Shown here: positions 29,734-32,058 of the stretch, piece after piece
Layout of the letters: every line of letters begins with the position of its first letter
Position numbering within the stretch: position 1 is the first letter of the stretch
Origin: Stramenopiles sp. TOSAG23-2
Taxonomy: Eukaryota
Length of the DNA stretch: 32,058 nt
Assembly (NCBI GenBank): GCA_900128395.1
Contig: LT649364.1
Coordinates: forward strand, 1-32,058
Direction of reading: 5' to 3'
Position numbers and translations under genes: made by a program
The notes under the pieces: model-generated
What the model was told of the DNA's origin: nothing
Seen by the model: the letters and a program-made list of their open reading frames with translations, nothing else
Database searches by the model: none

Positions 29734-30284
29734 TTATGCACTTGGTATATTATTACGATCGCCAGCAACATAAAACTAAATAAACTTAATATATATAATT
29801 TAATAAACTATTACATGAAATGGTCATTAATATCTATATATCTATCTATCTATATATTAATATCGACGACTATATTTGCTGATATCTTCTTGTGCACTAA
29901 TATCTTTAGCACTTTGCCATCAATACCTAAACCAACCAATAATCTAAAAAAAAATCTGGTCAGAGACACAATGCCTACCCGCCTATATTATTATTTGTTG
30001 AAAGACATAAACCACCTTAAAAATATAATGCTAGATTTAGATTTAAGGGTTAAGATGTGCCAAGCGGAAGAGAGCCCCAAATTTAAATTAAGTTGTTAAG
30101 CACATCATAATAAGCAAAAAAAAAAATAAATAATATATATGTACTTTAGTAATTCTAGTAATAATATATATACATTTTTAATAACCCACACCGGATCCCC
30201 CCACCAACCCGTATATTATAATTCATATTTTTCCTTCAGCATCATCAACTAATTTATATGCGTTGAAAAATTGTAATACATAAC

Positions 30285-31682
30285 ATGTCATCATCACCAT
30301 CATATGCAACATACCCAACACCATCATTACCAATAACAACCAAACAATGTGAAATAATAGCTAATAATTGGGTAAAGAATATAAAAGAAAACATTTTAAA
30401 ACCGTATTTAAAATCACCTGATTGGACTGTTGACTATTTCGATACATTGAATAAACCACATACTGCTATGAATTCAACAACGCCTAGTCATTTTACAAAA
30501 CAAACAGGCGCACCGGATCCATTGGGATTGGTCTATTTCTGTGGAAAATGGTTTCATATAGTTTTTTTTAACAAGAAAGAAAATATGGTTGTCTCATTTG
30601 CTTATTTTTTGACAACTGCGCAAGGACCCCGAGACGGAGCGCATGGTGGATTAATTTTTACTTTGTTGGATAATTTATTCGGCATGTTATCATCATATCA
30701 AGACGGTACTCTTGCCTTTACCGCAAATTTAAGTGTTGATTTCAAAGAAAGATGCCCATTATTGCAGACAGTCAAATGCATAGGAAAAATAGATCATTTT
30801 GATCCATTGATAATTGGCAAGTCACAGAAAATCAAGATGTCAGGAAGAATTGAAACGTTAGACGGAGAAACAATAATAGCTACAGGGAATTCATTGTGGA
30901 TTGCCCCGCAAATGAAAGTGGAAAATGGCATAAAAATTCGCGAGATTGCACCAAATAAAAATATAGGTAATGATCGAGCAACAAATCTTTTACCATATAA
31001 AGCAGAGGATGGTTCATACTATTGCATTTTACCCAACTGCAAATCTGAACGACAAAAATGGATTGAAAATGAAATTCAAGAAGAAATAAACGAATTACTA
31101 TCAGATCCAGATGTATATCAACATTCACAAGGTGAGAGCGATGGGTATTGTGGAAATCCATTAGAACCACAAGATCATATATACATTGGCGCTTTGGATG
31201 GTAAAATGTTTAATATTGAATTTTATAATGAGCGAACAAAATTGACTACATGTTTTGTTAAATTTTTACCAGTCTCAGAAGGGCCATCAGGTACAGTTCA
31301 GGGGGGGGCTATAGGTACAGCTATTGATGAAACATTGTTTGCTTCTAGTCAAGATAAAGCAGAAGCATTGAATGTTAAACAATATTCAATTGATTTATAT
31401 AAAGATGTTGAAAAAATGAAAAATGATTTTGCTGTTACTGCTAATCTGAGTGTGAATTATAGGAAGCCAGTCCCGTTAAATACTACAATCAGAATAGAAA
31501 CACAGGTAGATGACATCGTTAAAAGTAGTAGCGGAAGCAGAGCAAAATCGTTTACCTCCTTCCGATTAACATCATTAAATAAAGATATTTTATACAATGA
31601 AGGTACAGCATTAGTGATTAGCACACGGGAGGCGGCATTAAAATTGGCAGAGGAGCTTTTTCAAAAGAAAAATAAATTGTGA
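30285..31682 (+). CDS. Tandem (double) hotdog-fold acyl-CoA thioesterase, THEM4/PaaI-like
   Basis: Two homologous units: QGPRDGAHGGLIFTLLD...FTANLSVDFK..PL and EGPSGTVQGGAIGTAIDE...VTANLSVNYRKPVPL. Ends in -NKL. Confidence 0.88.
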   Translation: MSSSPSYATYPTPSLPITTKQCEIIANNWVKNIKENILKPYLKSPDWTVDYFDTLNKPHTAMNSTTPSHFTKQTGAPDPLGLVYFCGKWFHIVFFNKKENMVVSFAYFLTTAQGPRDGAHGGLIFTLLDNLFGMLSSYQDGTLAFTANLSVDFKERCPLLQTVKCIGKIDHFDPLIIGKSQKIKMSGRIETLDGETIIATGNSLWIAPQMKVENGIKIREIAPNKNIGNDRATNLLPYKAEDGSYYCILPNCKSERQKWIENEIQEEINELLSDPDVYQHSQGESDGYCGNPLEPQDHIYIGALDGKMFNIEFYNERTKLTTCFVKFLPVSEGPSGTVQGGAIGTAIDETLFASSQDKAEALNVKQYSIDLYKDVEKMKNDFAVTANLSVNYRKPVPLNTTIRIETQVDDIVKSSSGSRAKSFTSFRLTSLNKDILYNEGTALVISTREAALKLAEELFQKKNKL

Positions 31683-32058
31683 AAAATCATGTTTTAGTAT
31701 ATACTCGTACGTTCATGCACGTATCTTGATTTACAGTATAAAAAATAAATTTTAGTGGAGCAAGAGTGTGTTGAAATGTTTTATACCGTAAATATATATA
31801 TATATATTTTATACGACGTATTTTAAAGTAAATGTACGAGTATTTTAATTTTTTATTCCTACTCATGACAATTCCTACTTCTCAAAAGAATACAGTGACT
31901 GAGCCAATATTAATATCTAGATCTCTCACAAAATATATAATATTTTAATATTATATGAGTAAGAGAAAATTATATATATATATATATATATTCTTTTGAA
32001 GAGTAGGAATTATCATGAGTACTTTAAAAATAAATTATGCGTAAATTAAATTATATAT

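Noticed and set aside
856-30099. Short intergenic ORFs (856-1065, 6954-7157, 8093-8485, 18185-18589, 22704-22936, 24801-24983, 29815-30099)
   Set aside because: Most have non-ATG starts; all have low-complexity or I/F/Y/K-biased composition and no recognisable domain.
1126-31682. Alternative genetic code, prokaryotic operon, CRISPR array or viral origin
   Set aside because: All three stops terminate conserved proteins at expected ends, spliceosomal introns and eukaryote-specific genes are present, and there is no repeat-spacer array or viral hallmark gene.

Overview
AT-rich, gene-dense, intron-poor eukaryotic nuclear DNA in the standard genetic code (TAA, TAG and TGA all end ORFs), with poly-Asn tracts and (TA)n/(CA)n microsatellites. 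The gene content (ciliary CEP104-like gene, PRC2 subunit SUZ12, CYRI/FAM49, lipase-FYVE fusion) suggests a flagellated protist, possibly a stramenopile; this is inference only. About 15 protein-coding genes: gamma-glutamyltransferase, purple acid phosphatase, short CEP104-like, myristoylated unknown protein, 1434-aa coiled-coil protein, TM-PH protein, two convergently overlapping small ORFs (one PDZ-like), arylsulfatase, PHD-finger protein, FN3-lipase3-FYVE protein, NSUN5, CYRI, SUZ12 and a tandem hotdog thioesterase. Three GT-AG introns (80-103 nt) were resolved by hand, and a 54-N gap looks like an artefact. Most notable unexplained signals: a densely self-complementary GC-rich ~270-bp intergenic element (6854-7124); a TACCAC-NN-GTGGTA dyad about 330 bp upstream of two neighbouring genes; a 13-bp motif upstream of both sulfur-scavenging genes; GpC-rich/CpG-poor promoter islands; a 185-bp antisense coding overlap; and a His-striped 25-residue coiled-coil repeat. 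No tRNA, rRNA, CRISPR array or transposase was recognised, and no complete novel multi-gene system is demonstrated.
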